This document shows, in pieces, positions 49,879-60,364 of a stretch of 64,000 nucleotides of DNA (its first letter is position 1; each line of letters starts with the position of its first letter). The notes beneath the pieces are model-generated. The model made no database searches, was not told the DNA's origin, and saw nothing but the letters and a program-made list of their open reading frames with translations. Made by a program: the position numbers and the translations under genes. The stretch comes from Nitrosopumilus sp. (lineage in GTDB: Archaea; Thermoproteota; Nitrososphaeria; Nitrososphaerales; Nitrosopumilaceae): contig OZ242220.1 in NCBI GenBank assembly GCA_965206745.1, positions 128,001 through 192,000 on the forward strand, read 5' to 3'.

Positions 49879-50009
49879 TGGCAAAAGAAGAAATAAAAAA
49901 AATACTTGAAAATTCAAAAAAGGAGTTGGACTTGGATCATGACAATTTTGTAAAAGCAATCAAAGATGATTTAACATCTTTCAAAAAGAAAACTCTGGAT
50001 CGAATTTGA
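49878..50009 (+). CDS. 43-aa charged helical ORF coupled to atpD (MAKEEIKKILENSKKELDLDHDNFVKAIKDDLTSFKKKTLDRI)
   Basis: TAATG stop/start overlap with atpD; fills the atpD-atpK gap. Confidence 0.6.
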   Translation: MAKEEIKKILENSKKELDLDHDNFVKAIKDDLTSFKKKTLDRI

Positions 50010-50061
50010 GATTGTTATCTTATCATGATTTAAATATGGATATCATAGAGTCTGATCGTAA

Positions 50062-50367
50062 ATGAAATCTATCGTCATGTTACTTTTGGCAGCATCAGCA
50101 ATTTCAATTCTAGGTTCAACCGGAGTTGCATTTGCTCAAGAAGATGGTGCATCTGGTGGCGACTCTATGAAACTCTTAGGTGCGGGTCTGGCATTTGGAA
50201 TGGCAGCCGTCGGAGCAGGAATAGGTCTTGGCCAAGTAGGTGCAGCAGGTCTTGCAGTCATTAGTGAAAACCCAGCTTTACAGTCAAAGGTGTTCATCTT
50301 CGTAGGTATGGTCGAATCGATCGCAATCTACGGCATAGTTATGATGTTTATCATCTTAGGACAATAG
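50062..50367 (+). CDS. atpK: A/V-type ATP synthase subunit K (c) with signal-like N-terminus
   Basis: GAGIG, ENP and ESIAIYG. Confidence 0.95.
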   Translation: MKSIVMLLLAASAISILGSTGVAFAQEDGASGGDSMKLLGAGLAFGMAAVGAGIGLGQVGAAGLAVISENPALQSKVFIFVGMVESIAIYGIVMMFIILGQ

Positions 50368-50404
50368 TCCAAAACTACGTTTTTCTAATTTTTAGATCTT
50401 TTAT

Positions 50405-50866
50405 TTAATTATATTTTAGCTTGTTAACATCCAAAACCCTCGAGCAGTACCTGCATTTGAGAACCCTTCCTTGCTTGTCAATAACATCCATCACAGACTC
50501 GATGTGCTCTGTACTGTTTGTAATGCAGTCAGGATTTGAACACCTGAAAATCCTGTCAATCTCATTAGGCAGTGACACCCTTCTCTTCTCAACTAGTTTG
50601 TATTCCCTTATCATGTTGATTGTTGCAGTCGGGGCAATTACCGCTATCTTGTTTGTATCGTCATCCTTTAGAAACCTGTTTTCCACCTTGATGATGTCTT
50701 TTTTCTTAAATTTCCCGCTTGGAACATTCAGGGCTATGGTGATCAGACTGCCGTCATTCCCATCAATTCTCAGTGCACTGAGAACCTGAAGTCCCTTTCC
50801 CTCATCTATATGGTCAATTACAGTACCCTCCTTAATTCGTCGAACCATGAGGTCTGACTGTTCCAT
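50405..50866 (-). CDS. pyrI: Aspartate carbamoyltransferase regulatory subunit
   Basis: GTVIDHI, KKDIIKVE, CSNPDC and CRYC. Confidence 0.95.
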   Translation of the reverse strand: MEQSDLMVRRIKEGTVIDHIDEGKGLQVLSALRIDGNDGSLITIALNVPSGKFKKKDIIKVENRFLKDDDTNKIAVIAPTATINMIREYKLVEKRRVSLPNEIDRIFRCSNPDCITNSTEHIESVMDVIDKQGRVLKCRYCSRVLDVNKLKYN

Positions 50867-50907
50867 CAGAATACTTTGTATAGTCACCTGTATATATTAT
50901 TGAAAGA

Positions 50908-51837
50908 ATGAACGAGTTTTACCAAAAAGATATCATCTCAATTAAGGACTATACCAGGGATCAACTCGAAGCTATCTTTGCATCCACTGACAAAATGACG
51001 CAGCTAAGTCTGGCTGATAGGAGAGAGATCTGCAAGGGCAAGACACTGGGATACCTGTTTTATGAGCCGAGCACCAGAACCCGTCTCAGCTTTGATTCTG
51101 CCATGGCGTCAGTTGGTGGCAATTCATTAGGAATTTCTGACATCACGTCCTCATCCACTCAAAAAGGTGAGAGTCTTGCCGACACTGTCAGGATAATGTC
51201 AATTTACTCAGACATTCTTGTCTTGCGCCACACATTGGACGGCTCAAGCAGGTTTGCCGCAGAAATTTCTGACAAACCAATAATTAATGCAGGTAGTGGG
51301 ACCGAAGAGCATCCAACCCAGGCAATCCAGGACTTGTTTACAATCAAGAAAGAAAAGAAAAAGATTGACGGTTTAAAAATTGGAATTATAGGTGATCTAA
51401 AGTACGGGAGGACTGTCTACTCCCTGCTGCACGGGCTTGGAAACTATGATGTTGATGTCAGACTGATCTCCCCCGAATCACTGAGAATAAGATCTGATTC
51501 AACCTATGAAATAAAAAAGAAGCTGGATTTTACCGAGTCCACTGACATTGAAGATCATCTCGATGATCTTGATGTCCTTTACGTGACAAGAATCCAAAAA
51601 GAGAGATTCCCTGATGAGGAAGAGTACCTCAAGGTAAAAGGAAGCTATGTTGTAGGATTGGACATGTTAAAGCGCATGAAGGATGACGCGATAATCCTGC
51701 ATCCGCTGCCAAGAATCGATGAAATTTCAGCCGATGTTGATAAAACAAAGAATGCCAAATACTTTGAGCAGGCCGAATATGGAAAATATACCCGTGCTGC
51801 TCTGCTAGGTATGATTCTAAACGAGAATGGATTTTAG
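50908..51837 (+). CDS. pyrB: Aspartate carbamoyltransferase catalytic subunit
   Basis: EPSTRTR, HPTQ and HPLPR. Confidence 0.97.
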   Translation: MNEFYQKDIISIKDYTRDQLEAIFASTDKMTQLSLADRREICKGKTLGYLFYEPSTRTRLSFDSAMASVGGNSLGISDITSSSTQKGESLADTVRIMSIYSDILVLRHTLDGSSRFAAEISDKPIINAGSGTEEHPTQAIQDLFTIKKEKKKIDGLKIGIIGDLKYGRTVYSLLHGLGNYDVDVRLISPESLRIRSDSTYEIKKKLDFTESTDIEDHLDDLDVLYVTRIQKERFPDEEEYLKVKGSYVVGLDMLKRMKDDAIILHPLPRIDEISADVDKTKNAKYFEQAEYGKYTRAALLGMILNENGF

Positions 51838-51889
51838 TTTTTTAGCAAAATCCGTATTCCATATATCTGGAGTTATCTGAATATGACTA

Positions 51890-52606
51890 ATGACTGAGAC
51901 CAGAATTATTCCACTTTTCCCCCTGGACTTGGTCTTGTTTCCGAGACAGGAACTGCCACTCCGAATTTTTGAGCCCCGCTACAAGCAGCTAGTTGATGAC
52001 TGTATGATTGGGGACGGTCAGTTTGGGGTATGCCTAATTGACAAAAACAGCTCCATCAACGGATGGGATTCGCCCAAATTGGTGGGCACCATTGCCAAAA
52101 TTTCAAAGTGCGAAGATGTGGAGCTGGGCGGACTGCAGCTAAACATTGAAACGATAGGAAGAAACTCGTTTAAAATCAAAAGAATTATTCCGCCATCTGT
52201 TGCACAGCCTGCAAACTATGATCCTCTCTCTGCCACGGGACACCAAGAAATTTCCAAGATACATGAGAGGATTGGCACTGAGGAAAAAATGTACATTCAA
52301 GCCGAAGTTGAAATGATCCCCGAGATTGATGAGAACATTTCATTTGAGAGATGGGAGAAGTTGATTGATCTATGGAAAAAGAAGATCATCAGGCAGGCCT
52401 TGCCCCAAATTGTTGACCCCCATTCACTGGATCATGTTTTGGAACAATACTATCTCAACACTGATACGCCGCCGACAATTGACTACGTTTACTCGCTTTC
52501 TGCCATCGGGGCCAGGGATCCAAACGAGTTACAGCCAATTTTAGAGGCGACAACCATGGATGAACTAATTAAGCGAGTAGAAGAACTGTTGAGAGTACAG
52601 CCATGA
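51890..52606 (+). CDS. Stand-alone Lon N-terminal substrate-binding domain protein
   Basis: IPLFPL..VLFP...LPLRIFEPRY. Confidence 0.85.
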   Translation: MTETRIIPLFPLDLVLFPRQELPLRIFEPRYKQLVDDCMIGDGQFGVCLIDKNSSINGWDSPKLVGTIAKISKCEDVELGGLQLNIETIGRNSFKIKRIIPPSVAQPANYDPLSATGHQEISKIHERIGTEEKMYIQAEVEMIPEIDENISFERWEKLIDLWKKKIIRQALPQIVDPHSLDHVLEQYYLNTDTPPTIDYVYSLSAIGARDPNELQPILEATTMDELIKRVEELLRVQP

Positions 52607-53958
52607 TGAATCTGAAAAAATTTCTGGTATTTGCACTAGCTGCATGCTTGCTGTTTCCTGCAAGTAGTGTTTATGGACACGGGTTTGGCATTGATACAAT
52701 ATCCTCAATAGACATCCAGGGAAAGAAGATTTCAATTTCAGTAGAGGTGCCAATGTATTTTGAAAATGATCAGGAACAAATCACAATTACTGCAACTGAA
52801 GACGCTACTGGAGAGAATGCAAAAAATGTCACCTTTCTAATTGGATTGTTTCATGAAAATGAAATGATATTTAGGAATTTTTTCTTTGCCGATGACGGCG
52901 TTTTACAGATCAAAGTAACCCCTACGCAAGAAGATGAGATTACAATTAACGGCCAGCAAGACGCTTTGCTTGGAGCATGGCATGGAACAGAATCCAATCC
53001 CGTAGAAATTACAGGGCCGTTGTTTAACTCTAGTGGCTTGTATAACTTTGAAATTGAGATACGAACCATTGATGAGCCTACAAACATCATAGATTCCGGA
53101 ATTTATAATGCCGATTTGAGCGTAATTGAGACTGTATCCTTTCTTCAAGAAGACTCGGAAGGCAATGATGTGGAATTCCGTTCAAAGTCGTATTTTGACT
53201 CTATCTCCAACTTTGAATATGATTATGATGCCAAACAGGTTACATTTGAGATGCCATTTGACTGGAGTGAAAAGCAAATGTCTCATGTATCTGTGGTTCA
53301 TGTGGAAACCCACTTTCCAAAAGATTTTGTAGAGTTCTTTTCTACTAGCTACTCTACACACGTAAATGGAATTAAACTGTTCAAATCTTCTGTATCTGTT
53401 GATGATTATACGGAGAGTGATGAGAGAATAGTGCATCTTATCCTGTTGCAAGATCATCTGCGATATTTGAAAAATGAGATGAAGAAATCCGAAGGAGACT
53501 TGCCTGAAGGAATGAAATTTGTTCTGTCCACTAGTGAGGATACGGCATTTCCATTAGAGGCGTATACAAAAAGTGAGGATTTCAAAATAAACCTCTCATG
53601 GGATCCTGTGACTGTGGAGCCTGAGGTTGATACAAATTTCATCTTTACAATTCGAGATGGAAGGACAAACGATCCTTTGAGAAGCTCTGATTACACGTTT
53701 GTAATAATCCAGAATGGAAAAGAGATTCATCGCGTATCCGGACTGGCCCAGGTCGGCGGGGAATTTGAAAAATTCACATTCAGCGAGGATCAAACAGGTC
53801 CTACAATTATCAAGTTTGAAAATATTCGAAATACCGGACAAGAGACTGAATTTGCCCTAGTTGTTGTGCCTGAGTTTGGAACCATTGCATTACTGGTGTT
53901 GGTAATTTCCATAACGAGTATCATTTTTGTAACTAGAAGGAATCGGCTATTCATCTAG
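52603..53958 (+). CDS. Secreted PEFG-CTERM protein
   Basis: Signal peptide; C-terminal VPEFG + TM + RRNR. Confidence 0.85.
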   Translation: MMNLKKFLVFALAACLLFPASSVYGHGFGIDTISSIDIQGKKISISVEVPMYFENDQEQITITATEDATGENAKNVTFLIGLFHENEMIFRNFFFADDGVLQIKVTPTQEDEITINGQQDALLGAWHGTESNPVEITGPLFNSSGLYNFEIEIRTIDEPTNIIDSGIYNADLSVIETVSFLQEDSEGNDVEFRSKSYFDSISNFEYDYDAKQVTFEMPFDWSEKQMSHVSVVHVETHFPKDFVEFFSTSYSTHVNGIKLFKSSVSVDDYTESDERIVHLILLQDHLRYLKNEMKKSEGDLPEGMKFVLSTSEDTAFPLEAYTKSEDFKINLSWDPVTVEPEVDTNFIFTIRDGRTNDPLRSSDYTFVIIQNGKEIHRVSGLAQVGGEFEKFTFSEDQTGPTIIKFENIRNTGQETEFALVVVPEFGTIALLVLVISITSIIFVTRRNRLFI

Positions 53959-54338
53959 AGTGCCACTAACTTTACTGTATCCATGTTCTTATTTGTCTGA
54001 AAGTCTCTAGTCATTGTGGAGACCTTTTCTGCGTCTCCGTCAATCAGAAAAAGCTCCATGCATTTCTCCTTCTCAATCTTACTGTGAAGATGGGTCGTAA
54101 TCAGATGCTCAAAATTGTGTGTGATTCCTGACACGACATGATCAAATTGATCATTGTGTACCACCAAAAGAATGGCATGGATGTTTCCTGCCAAATCCGC
54201 CTTTTGTTTCTCTTCTGAAACAAATGATCTGATTCCTGCCCTGATGGCCTCTGATCTTCCTGAAAATCCCATGGATGATTGCAATCTGTCTAATTCTGAG
54301 AGAATTTCATCGTTTAGCGATATTGAGACTATGGGCAT
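53955..54338 (-). CDS. NikR-like ribbon-helix-helix metal regulator
   Basis: IVSISL...RSEAIR RHH domain; C-terminal H..HLH...C. Confidence 0.88.
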   Translation of the reverse strand: MPIVSISLNDEILSELDRLQSSMGFSGRSEAIRAGIRSFVSEEKQKADLAGNIHAILLVVHNDQFDHVVSGITHNFEHLITTHLHSKIEKEKCMELFLIDGDAEKVSTMTRDFQTNKNMDTVKLVAL

Positions 54339-54428
54339 ATGCCTGATTTTATTAATTATCTTATAAGTTTAGCAATCAATTTTATTAAAGTTTTATAAAT
54401 TTATTAATAATCTTTATCAAATTGCTGC

Positions 54429-55322
54429 GTGAATATTCAGATCAAACTTGCAATTATTGCAATCTGCATTGTAATTCCACTAAGCTCAATTGCAGTATAT
54501 GGAACCAATTTCGAACAATCAATTGCGCGAATTGAGAGTTCCAAACTACAAGTCGTCTCATCGTTTAACCCGTTGCACGAATTTTCACAAAAAGTAGGCC
54601 AAGACAGGGTTGACGCTATCTTGTTGCTGCCTATAGGTGTAGAGCCGCATGATTGGGAACCCACTATCAAAGATGTACAACAAATACAAAAATCTGATTT
54701 GATAATAGTCAATGGGATAGGTTTTGAAAACTGGGTCGATAACCTGGCTGAGAATAACCATCAGGTAATAGTCGATACCAGCAATGGAATTCCTACTAGA
54801 AAGCATTCCAATGCTGGTCCGGCAGATCCGCACATCTGGCTAAATCCAGTCTATGCAAAGATCCAGGTACAAAATATTGCAGATGCCTTCTCACAGGCCG
54901 ATCCTGAAAATGCGGGATATTACCAAACAAACACGGTAAAATACATTGAAGAATTAGACTTGCTTGATTCCAAAATACGGAATGAATTATCTGCGTGCAG
55001 TAGTGACTTTATTGCTTTTCATGATGCATTTTCATATTTTGCAGATGAGTATGGTCTGAACCAGCATACGGTAATTCAATCAACTAATTCCCATGGCGAA
55101 TCCACTGCAAAGACATTAGAAGATGTCATTTCTACAGCTGAGAAACTAAACATCAAGGTAATTTTTAGTGAAGAGAGTGTCCTGCCAAAAACATCTGAGA
55201 TAATTGCAAACGAAATAGGCGGCAAAGTTTTGATACTGTCTCCCATCGAGGTTGCCTCAGACGGGGATTATATTTCCAAAATGACTGGGAATCTTGAGAA
55301 TTTGAAAGAGGCATTGTGTTGA
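54429..55322 (+). CDS. Zn/Mn ABC transporter substrate-binding protein (ZnuA-like)
   Basis: EPHDWEP, DPHIWL and HDAFSYF. Confidence 0.92.
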   Translation: MNIQIKLAIIAICIVIPLSSIAVYGTNFEQSIARIESSKLQVVSSFNPLHEFSQKVGQDRVDAILLLPIGVEPHDWEPTIKDVQQIQKSDLIIVNGIGFENWVDNLAENNHQVIVDTSNGIPTRKHSNAGPADPHIWLNPVYAKIQVQNIADAFSQADPENAGYYQTNTVKYIEELDLLDSKIRNELSACSSDFIAFHDAFSYFADEYGLNQHTVIQSTNSHGESTAKTLEDVISTAEKLNIKVIFSEESVLPKTSEIIANEIGGKVLILSPIEVASDGDYISKMTGNLENLKEALC

Positions 55323-56035
55323 TAGTTGAGATTAGTGATCTAACCGTACAGTATCCTGACGTCAAGGCTCTTGACAATGTTAGTTTTGTAGTCAATCAGG
55401 GTGATTTTTTAGGCATAATCGGGCCTAACGGTGCAGGCAAATCCACTCTCTTTGACTGCATGCTGGGACTTTATACCAAATATGATGGTATCATCAAATT
55501 TTTTGGCCATGACATTAAAAAATCAAAGAGCTATCTTCACGAAATTGGATACGTGCCACAAAAACCAATCTTTGAAAAAAATTTCCCAGTCACAGTCACC
55601 GAAGTGGTTAGAATGGGACTGAAAAATGAGTCTAATGAGGACAAAATTGATGAGATCCTACAACAGTTATGGATACATGAACTTCGCAATAGGAGAATAG
55701 GAGAATTATCCGGAGGACAGCAGCAGCGCGTCTTTATTGCAAAAGCTTTGGTAAACGATCCGACAATTCTGATTCTTGACGAACCTGTAACCGGTATTGA
55801 TCAGCAGAGCATGGATCTGTTTTACAGTATTCTTCGTGAGTTAAATTCCAAACAAAAGATTACCATTATTTGGTCTTCCCATGACTTGGACGCAGTCAAC
55901 CAGTTGGCAAACCACGTGGCATGTTTGAACAGAACATTGTTTTTTCATGGGGAATCCGAAGAGTTCTTCTCCAATGATGAACTTGTCAAACAATACTCTG
56001 AGGCATCCATGCAGGAACACATGCATCATCATTGA
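55316..56035 (+). CDS. Zn/Mn ABC transporter ATPase (ZnuC-like)
   Basis: GPNGAGKS, LSGGQQQR and His-rich tail. Confidence 0.92.
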   Translation: MLIVEISDLTVQYPDVKALDNVSFVVNQGDFLGIIGPNGAGKSTLFDCMLGLYTKYDGIIKFFGHDIKKSKSYLHEIGYVPQKPIFEKNFPVTVTEVVRMGLKNESNEDKIDEILQQLWIHELRNRRIGELSGGQQQRVFIAKALVNDPTILILDEPVTGIDQQSMDLFYSILRELNSKQKITIIWSSHDLDAVNQLANHVACLNRTLFFHGESEEFFSNDELVKQYSEASMQEHMHHH

Positions 56036-56856
56036 TCATGTCTTTTGAAATCCTAACCTACAGTTTCATGCACAGGGCACTAATCTCTGGAATTGCCATT
56101 GCAATTCTTTGCTCCGTTGTCGGCTTGTTTCTAGTCTTGAGGCGCTATTCGTTATTTGGTGATGCTATTGCGCATTCGTCATTTGGCGGCATTGCATTGG
56201 GTCTGCTGGCTGGCATTTATCCGCTATGGACCGCATATGGTGTTTCCATAGCTAGTGCGTTGATAATCACAAAAATCAAAGACAGATACAACATATCTGG
56301 CGATGCATCCATTGCAGTTTTGCTATCATCCGGCATTGCAGTTGGGCTCGTTATTATTGGACTGTCTGGGGGTTTTACCATTGACATCTTTAGCTTTCTG
56401 TTTGGAAGCATTCTTCTTGTCAGTGTAGATGACACCGTTCTAATCCTGGCTCTTACGGGAGCTGTCCTGATTGTGATTCTGCTGCTTTACCGGCAGATCC
56501 TTTACTCTACATTCAACGAGGAACAGGCCAAAGTCAGTGGAATTCCAGTGGAAAAAATTAACTATCTGATCGTGTTTATGGCCGGATTAACTGTGGTTAC
56601 ATCAATCCAACTTGTTGGCGTATTGCTGATTTCGGCCCTGTTTGTAATTCCAAACGTTACTGCAATAATGTACGGCAAAGGCTTCAAGCAGACGGCAATA
56701 ATCTCTATGAGTTTCTCTATCTTCTCAGTGGTTGTCGGAATCCTAATTTCCTACGTATTTGACATAACTCCTGCAGGAACCATTGTTATCTTGGCAATTG
56801 GATTACTTGCAGGAACAATGGGAATAAAATCAGCTGGGTTGCTGTCTAAGAACTAA
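56032..56856 (+). CDS. Zn/Mn ABC transporter permease (ZnuB-like)
   Basis: GDAIAH, LFGSIL and VGVLLISAL. Confidence 0.92.
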   Translation: MIMSFEILTYSFMHRALISGIAIAILCSVVGLFLVLRRYSLFGDAIAHSSFGGIALGLLAGIYPLWTAYGVSIASALIITKIKDRYNISGDASIAVLLSSGIAVGLVIIGLSGGFTIDIFSFLFGSILLVSVDDTVLILALTGAVLIVILLLYRQILYSTFNEEQAKVSGIPVEKINYLIVFMAGLTVVTSIQLVGVLLISALFVIPNVTAIMYGKGFKQTAIISMSFSIFSVVVGILISYVFDITPAGTIVILAIGLLAGTMGIKSAGLLSKN

Positions 56857-59620
56857 TCAGGGAATTCAATCTTCTCTTATCCTGTATGCTTTTCACATAA
56901 AATAACGATGTTGCAATGATTCCCAGTGCAATTAGCGGTGATGCAATCTCCGTGTACTTTAGCTGAGGATCGTCCCCCACCTGAATTTGAGAAATGCTTA
57001 CCGGAATCTCCCTGGTCTTCATCGTTCCGATCTTGTTTGACTGCTGTTCAACAAACCACACGTTGTCATCTCCATCTGATGCCATATACTGGATAAAGGT
57101 GGCCTCAGTTGGGACTGGAATCTCTATCAAATCACTGTTGTCTGGATCATAAACTCCGACACTGTCCACTGTATGCTGTGCAAACCAGATGTTCCCATAC
57201 CTGTCCAGAGTCATACCAAATGGAAGTGCCTCGGCATTGGGTACGGGAATTTTTTCAAATGTCTCCAAAACCGGATTGAATTTCGTTATTGCCAGGCCTG
57301 AATGCTCTGCAATCCATAGATTCCCATCATCATCAAAAATTAGTGCTTCTGGGGATTCCAAAACCGTGTCAGTTGAGATTTGGGTAGGCTGATTACTTTG
57401 GGGATCGATGAATCCTATCTTGCCTGTTCCTGCCGCAGAGTACCAGACCATTCCGTCCCCGTCGACAGCTAGCGCAAATGGCACTGACTGCTTCTCTGGA
57501 AGAACTATCTCCTCAAACATGTCCTGTTCTGGCAGATATTTCAGGATTCGATCTTTGTTTATCACTGCAATCCAAATACTGCCTTCAAAATCCGCCTTGA
57601 TCGACAGCGGTATGTTTTCTGATATCACTGGATCCAGTTTTGGAATGGTCCTAGTTGTAATCTCCTTGGTCTCTATATCGATAAACCCGATCTGATTTCT
57701 TGGCGTATCTGTAAACCAGACCTTTCCATTGTTATCGTTTGTCAGGAATGTGGTTGCCAAACCGTCAAAAGAATGGGAGGTAAACTCGTCTGTTTCAAGT
57801 GAGAACTGCCATATTCTTGGAGATGATGTATCGCTTATCCACAACGAGTCTTTCCCATCATGTACTGCAAAGAGAGGACTTGCAGCTTCTGGCAACTCGT
57901 ACTCTATGACCTGTGTTTGAATATCTGCCAGTCTGGGCTTTACAAGCAAGTCCAGCATGACTGACTCGTTTGCATTCTCTGTTCTCTGGGCTTCAATCTC
58001 TACTAGCCATTTTCCTGAAAATCCAAACGTCAGCTCCCCCTGAAACTTGCTAGGTTTGTCCTCTTGCTTGATCTGCTCCATTGGGACTTCAATCGGGGAA
58101 ATGCCCTTTGATGGGTTGGAAATTTTTACTTTGATCTGATTTGAATCATAAAGTGGATCTCCCTCAAAGTCACTGACCCTGACTAGAATTGTGTTTGTCC
58201 CGCTGGAAAATGGCGAAATATCAACATCGAATTTTGCATTCTCGGCAAATTCTATGGTTTTGAACCCATAGACAACCTCCTGTGCATCGACTTGCTGAAT
58301 CTGGCCAGCTGGCAGTGTACCATTAGTCAGCAATGCTACGACTAGTAGGAGAGCCACCCCCAACACTGCATCTATCTTCAATGATCTCTTGAGTTTTTTA
58401 TGGACTGCAATCTTTCCTGATGAAAAACCCTTCTCTGCATTTTTTTGTACTCTGAGTTGGAAGAATCCGCCCAAACCCACCATGACTGCGGCAATGGTTA
58501 TTTTGAGCATGATTAATTGACCAAACACTGACTCGGTGATTAGTCCCACGTCACTTTCCAAGAACCACATCAGCGTAGGTCCGGTGATAATCACTATCCC
58601 TACTGAAATGATAAACGCAATGGAGAACCTTGGAATCATTACCAGGCTCATCCTTTCCCGATTTGCTTCTTTGAGTTGTGAAAACGTTGGAAGCAATGTA
58701 AAGACAAAATATATGATTCCCCCTATCCAAACTGCGGCAACCAAATTGTGTATGTAATCTAATACCAATGCCCCTAATTCCTCACTAGCTGCACCATGAC
58801 CGATCAGACTTGATGTTGAAATTAACACCAATGATGCGGCAAGCATTGGAACTTGACTTTTCTTTGACAATGCCTTTCTTCTGTCCATTCCAAACCAAAT
58901 GCCAAGCAGGACTATCGTGATAATCATCCTTGCAAGCCAAACTGTACCAAAATACGTCTGAATCACATCCAATGGCGAGGCCTCCAATCTAATGGTTTGA
59001 ACAGCAATCATCAAGATATCTGAAATGAATACGAGCATCAATCCAATACCGGTAACTGACATGAATTTTGCATGATGAACAACTTCCACCTTGTCCAGTT
59101 CTTTTCTGATTAGTTGTTTATTCTGTGTTCCCCAAATGATTAGTGATGCAATTACAGCTCCCAAAACTATCGTCTGTCCTAAAATTCCAGGAAATCTTGC
59201 TCCAGCTTCGGGCAAAAATATTATTTCAGATGGCCCCTCATCGGGAATATCTGGTACACTGACATCTCCCACTCCAAACAAAAATGCACTCGGAACCAAA
59301 TGCCCGTCAATCTTTGAGAGAACTTTTACAGAACTGGTATAGACCCCCTCCTCTAACGGCGGGGTGGTAACAATTAGGGACAGTTCACCTTCATGGTAAC
59401 TGGTGTCTCTGTTATCTATTTGATCCCCGTTGCTGTCAAAAATCTTCATCTCACTGAAACTGATATCCACAGGTTCGGAAAAATACACGATCACCTCTGT
59501 TGTTCCTATCGGTGCATTGGATCCCAAGCTGGGAATTGTTTTTTCCGTAAATGGATGTGCTGCTGCAAACGGAATTGAAATCAATGATAAAACCAGCAGA
59601 AATATCAGAAACTTTCTCAT
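56846..59620 (-). CDS. CopC-CopD fusion with Ig-like and Vgb-like beta-propeller domains
   Basis: Mature N-terminal His and DGH (CopC); GHGAA and H..AAVWIGG (CopD); repeated DG..WF propeller blades. Confidence 0.88.
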   Translation of the reverse strand: MRKFLIFLLVLSLISIPFAAAHPFTEKTIPSLGSNAPIGTTEVIVYFSEPVDISFSEMKIFDSNGDQIDNRDTSYHEGELSLIVTTPPLEEGVYTSSVKVLSKIDGHLVPSAFLFGVGDVSVPDIPDEGPSEIIFLPEAGARFPGILGQTIVLGAVIASLIIWGTQNKQLIRKELDKVEVVHHAKFMSVTGIGLMLVFISDILMIAVQTIRLEASPLDVIQTYFGTVWLARMIITIVLLGIWFGMDRRKALSKKSQVPMLAASLVLISTSSLIGHGAASEELGALVLDYIHNLVAAVWIGGIIYFVFTLLPTFSQLKEANRERMSLVMIPRFSIAFIISVGIVIITGPTLMWFLESDVGLITESVFGQLIMLKITIAAVMVGLGGFFQLRVQKNAEKGFSSGKIAVHKKLKRSLKIDAVLGVALLLVVALLTNGTLPAGQIQQVDAQEVVYGFKTIEFAENAKFDVDISPFSSGTNTILVRVSDFEGDPLYDSNQIKVKISNPSKGISPIEVPMEQIKQEDKPSKFQGELTFGFSGKWLVEIEAQRTENANESVMLDLLVKPRLADIQTQVIEYELPEAASPLFAVHDGKDSLWISDTSSPRIWQFSLETDEFTSHSFDGLATTFLTNDNNGKVWFTDTPRNQIGFIDIETKEITTRTIPKLDPVISENIPLSIKADFEGSIWIAVINKDRILKYLPEQDMFEEIVLPEKQSVPFALAVDGDGMVWYSAAGTGKIGFIDPQSNQPTQISTDTVLESPEALIFDDDGNLWIAEHSGLAITKFNPVLETFEKIPVPNAEALPFGMTLDRYGNIWFAQHTVDSVGVYDPDNSDLIEIPVPTEATFIQYMASDGDDNVWFVEQQSNKIGTMKTREIPVSISQIQVGDDPQLKYTEIASPLIALGIIATSLFYVKSIQDKRRLNSLISS

Positions 59621-59712
59621 TTGTTGGTATGATCATTTATGATAATTTAAACAGTTTACAAATTTCCAAATTTATGCCAGTTTACATAAAGATAATAACC
59701 TATGATTGTCCA

Positions 59713-60351
59713 ATGATGGTCATGAAGATAGTAATTCTTGGCATCATGGCAGCATTATTTTCCATTGGAATGATTTCTGCATCTTTTGCGCATACCACTG
59801 TTCACGTTGAACAATATGAGATTGAAGTAGGCTGGAGCATTGAGCCGCCTGTTGTGGGAATTCGAAATGATCTTGCCTTAAAGATTACCGAACCTGGAGA
59901 AACTGAAGGTACTAAAAAAGGTGTGACTGCAGTTTTCAAAGATGCTGATGCCACTGTAATGTTTGGAGGTGCCTCTAAAAAAATTGATGTCAACTCTGAT
60001 TCTAGACCCGGATATTATTTTTCACCTATAATTCCGACTAAAACTGGAAGTTACATGGTAGAACTCAAAGGTGAGATTCATGGCATGCCTGTAGATGTAA
60101 AAATACCCGTTGAAGACGTAGAGCCCACAGCAGTATTGGATTTCCCACCATCCTCTAATGCCGGTGATACTGACATTACTGCATTAAAGAATGCAATGTC
60201 CTCATTACAGCAGGATGTCTCTAAATTAAATTCTGGAGAAATCAAAGTTCCTTCCAACGGTGATGCATCTTATGACTTTGCAATATTTGCATTGTCCATT
60301 GCCGCAGCAGCTATAATCTTGGCTATAGTTTCTCTAGTAAAAAGAAAATAG
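59713..60351 (+). CDS. Secreted, C-terminally anchored hypothetical protein with N-terminal His
   Basis: SFA|HTT, EVGW.IEPP and a C-terminal TM + KRK. Confidence 0.75.
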   Translation: MMVMKIVILGIMAALFSIGMISASFAHTTVHVEQYEIEVGWSIEPPVVGIRNDLALKITEPGETEGTKKGVTAVFKDADATVMFGGASKKIDVNSDSRPGYYFSPIIPTKTGSYMVELKGEIHGMPVDVKIPVEDVEPTAVLDFPPSSNAGDTDITALKNAMSSLQQDVSKLNSGEIKVPSNGDASYDFAIFALSIAAAAIILAIVSLVKRK

Positions 60352-60364
60352 AAAAGAGGAATTC

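Noticed and set aside
43283-50367. Horizontally acquired V-type-like ATPase operon
   Set aside because: The split arrangement with separate atpC fits the ordinary A-type cluster of neutrophilic AOA; a phylogeny would be needed to claim otherwise.
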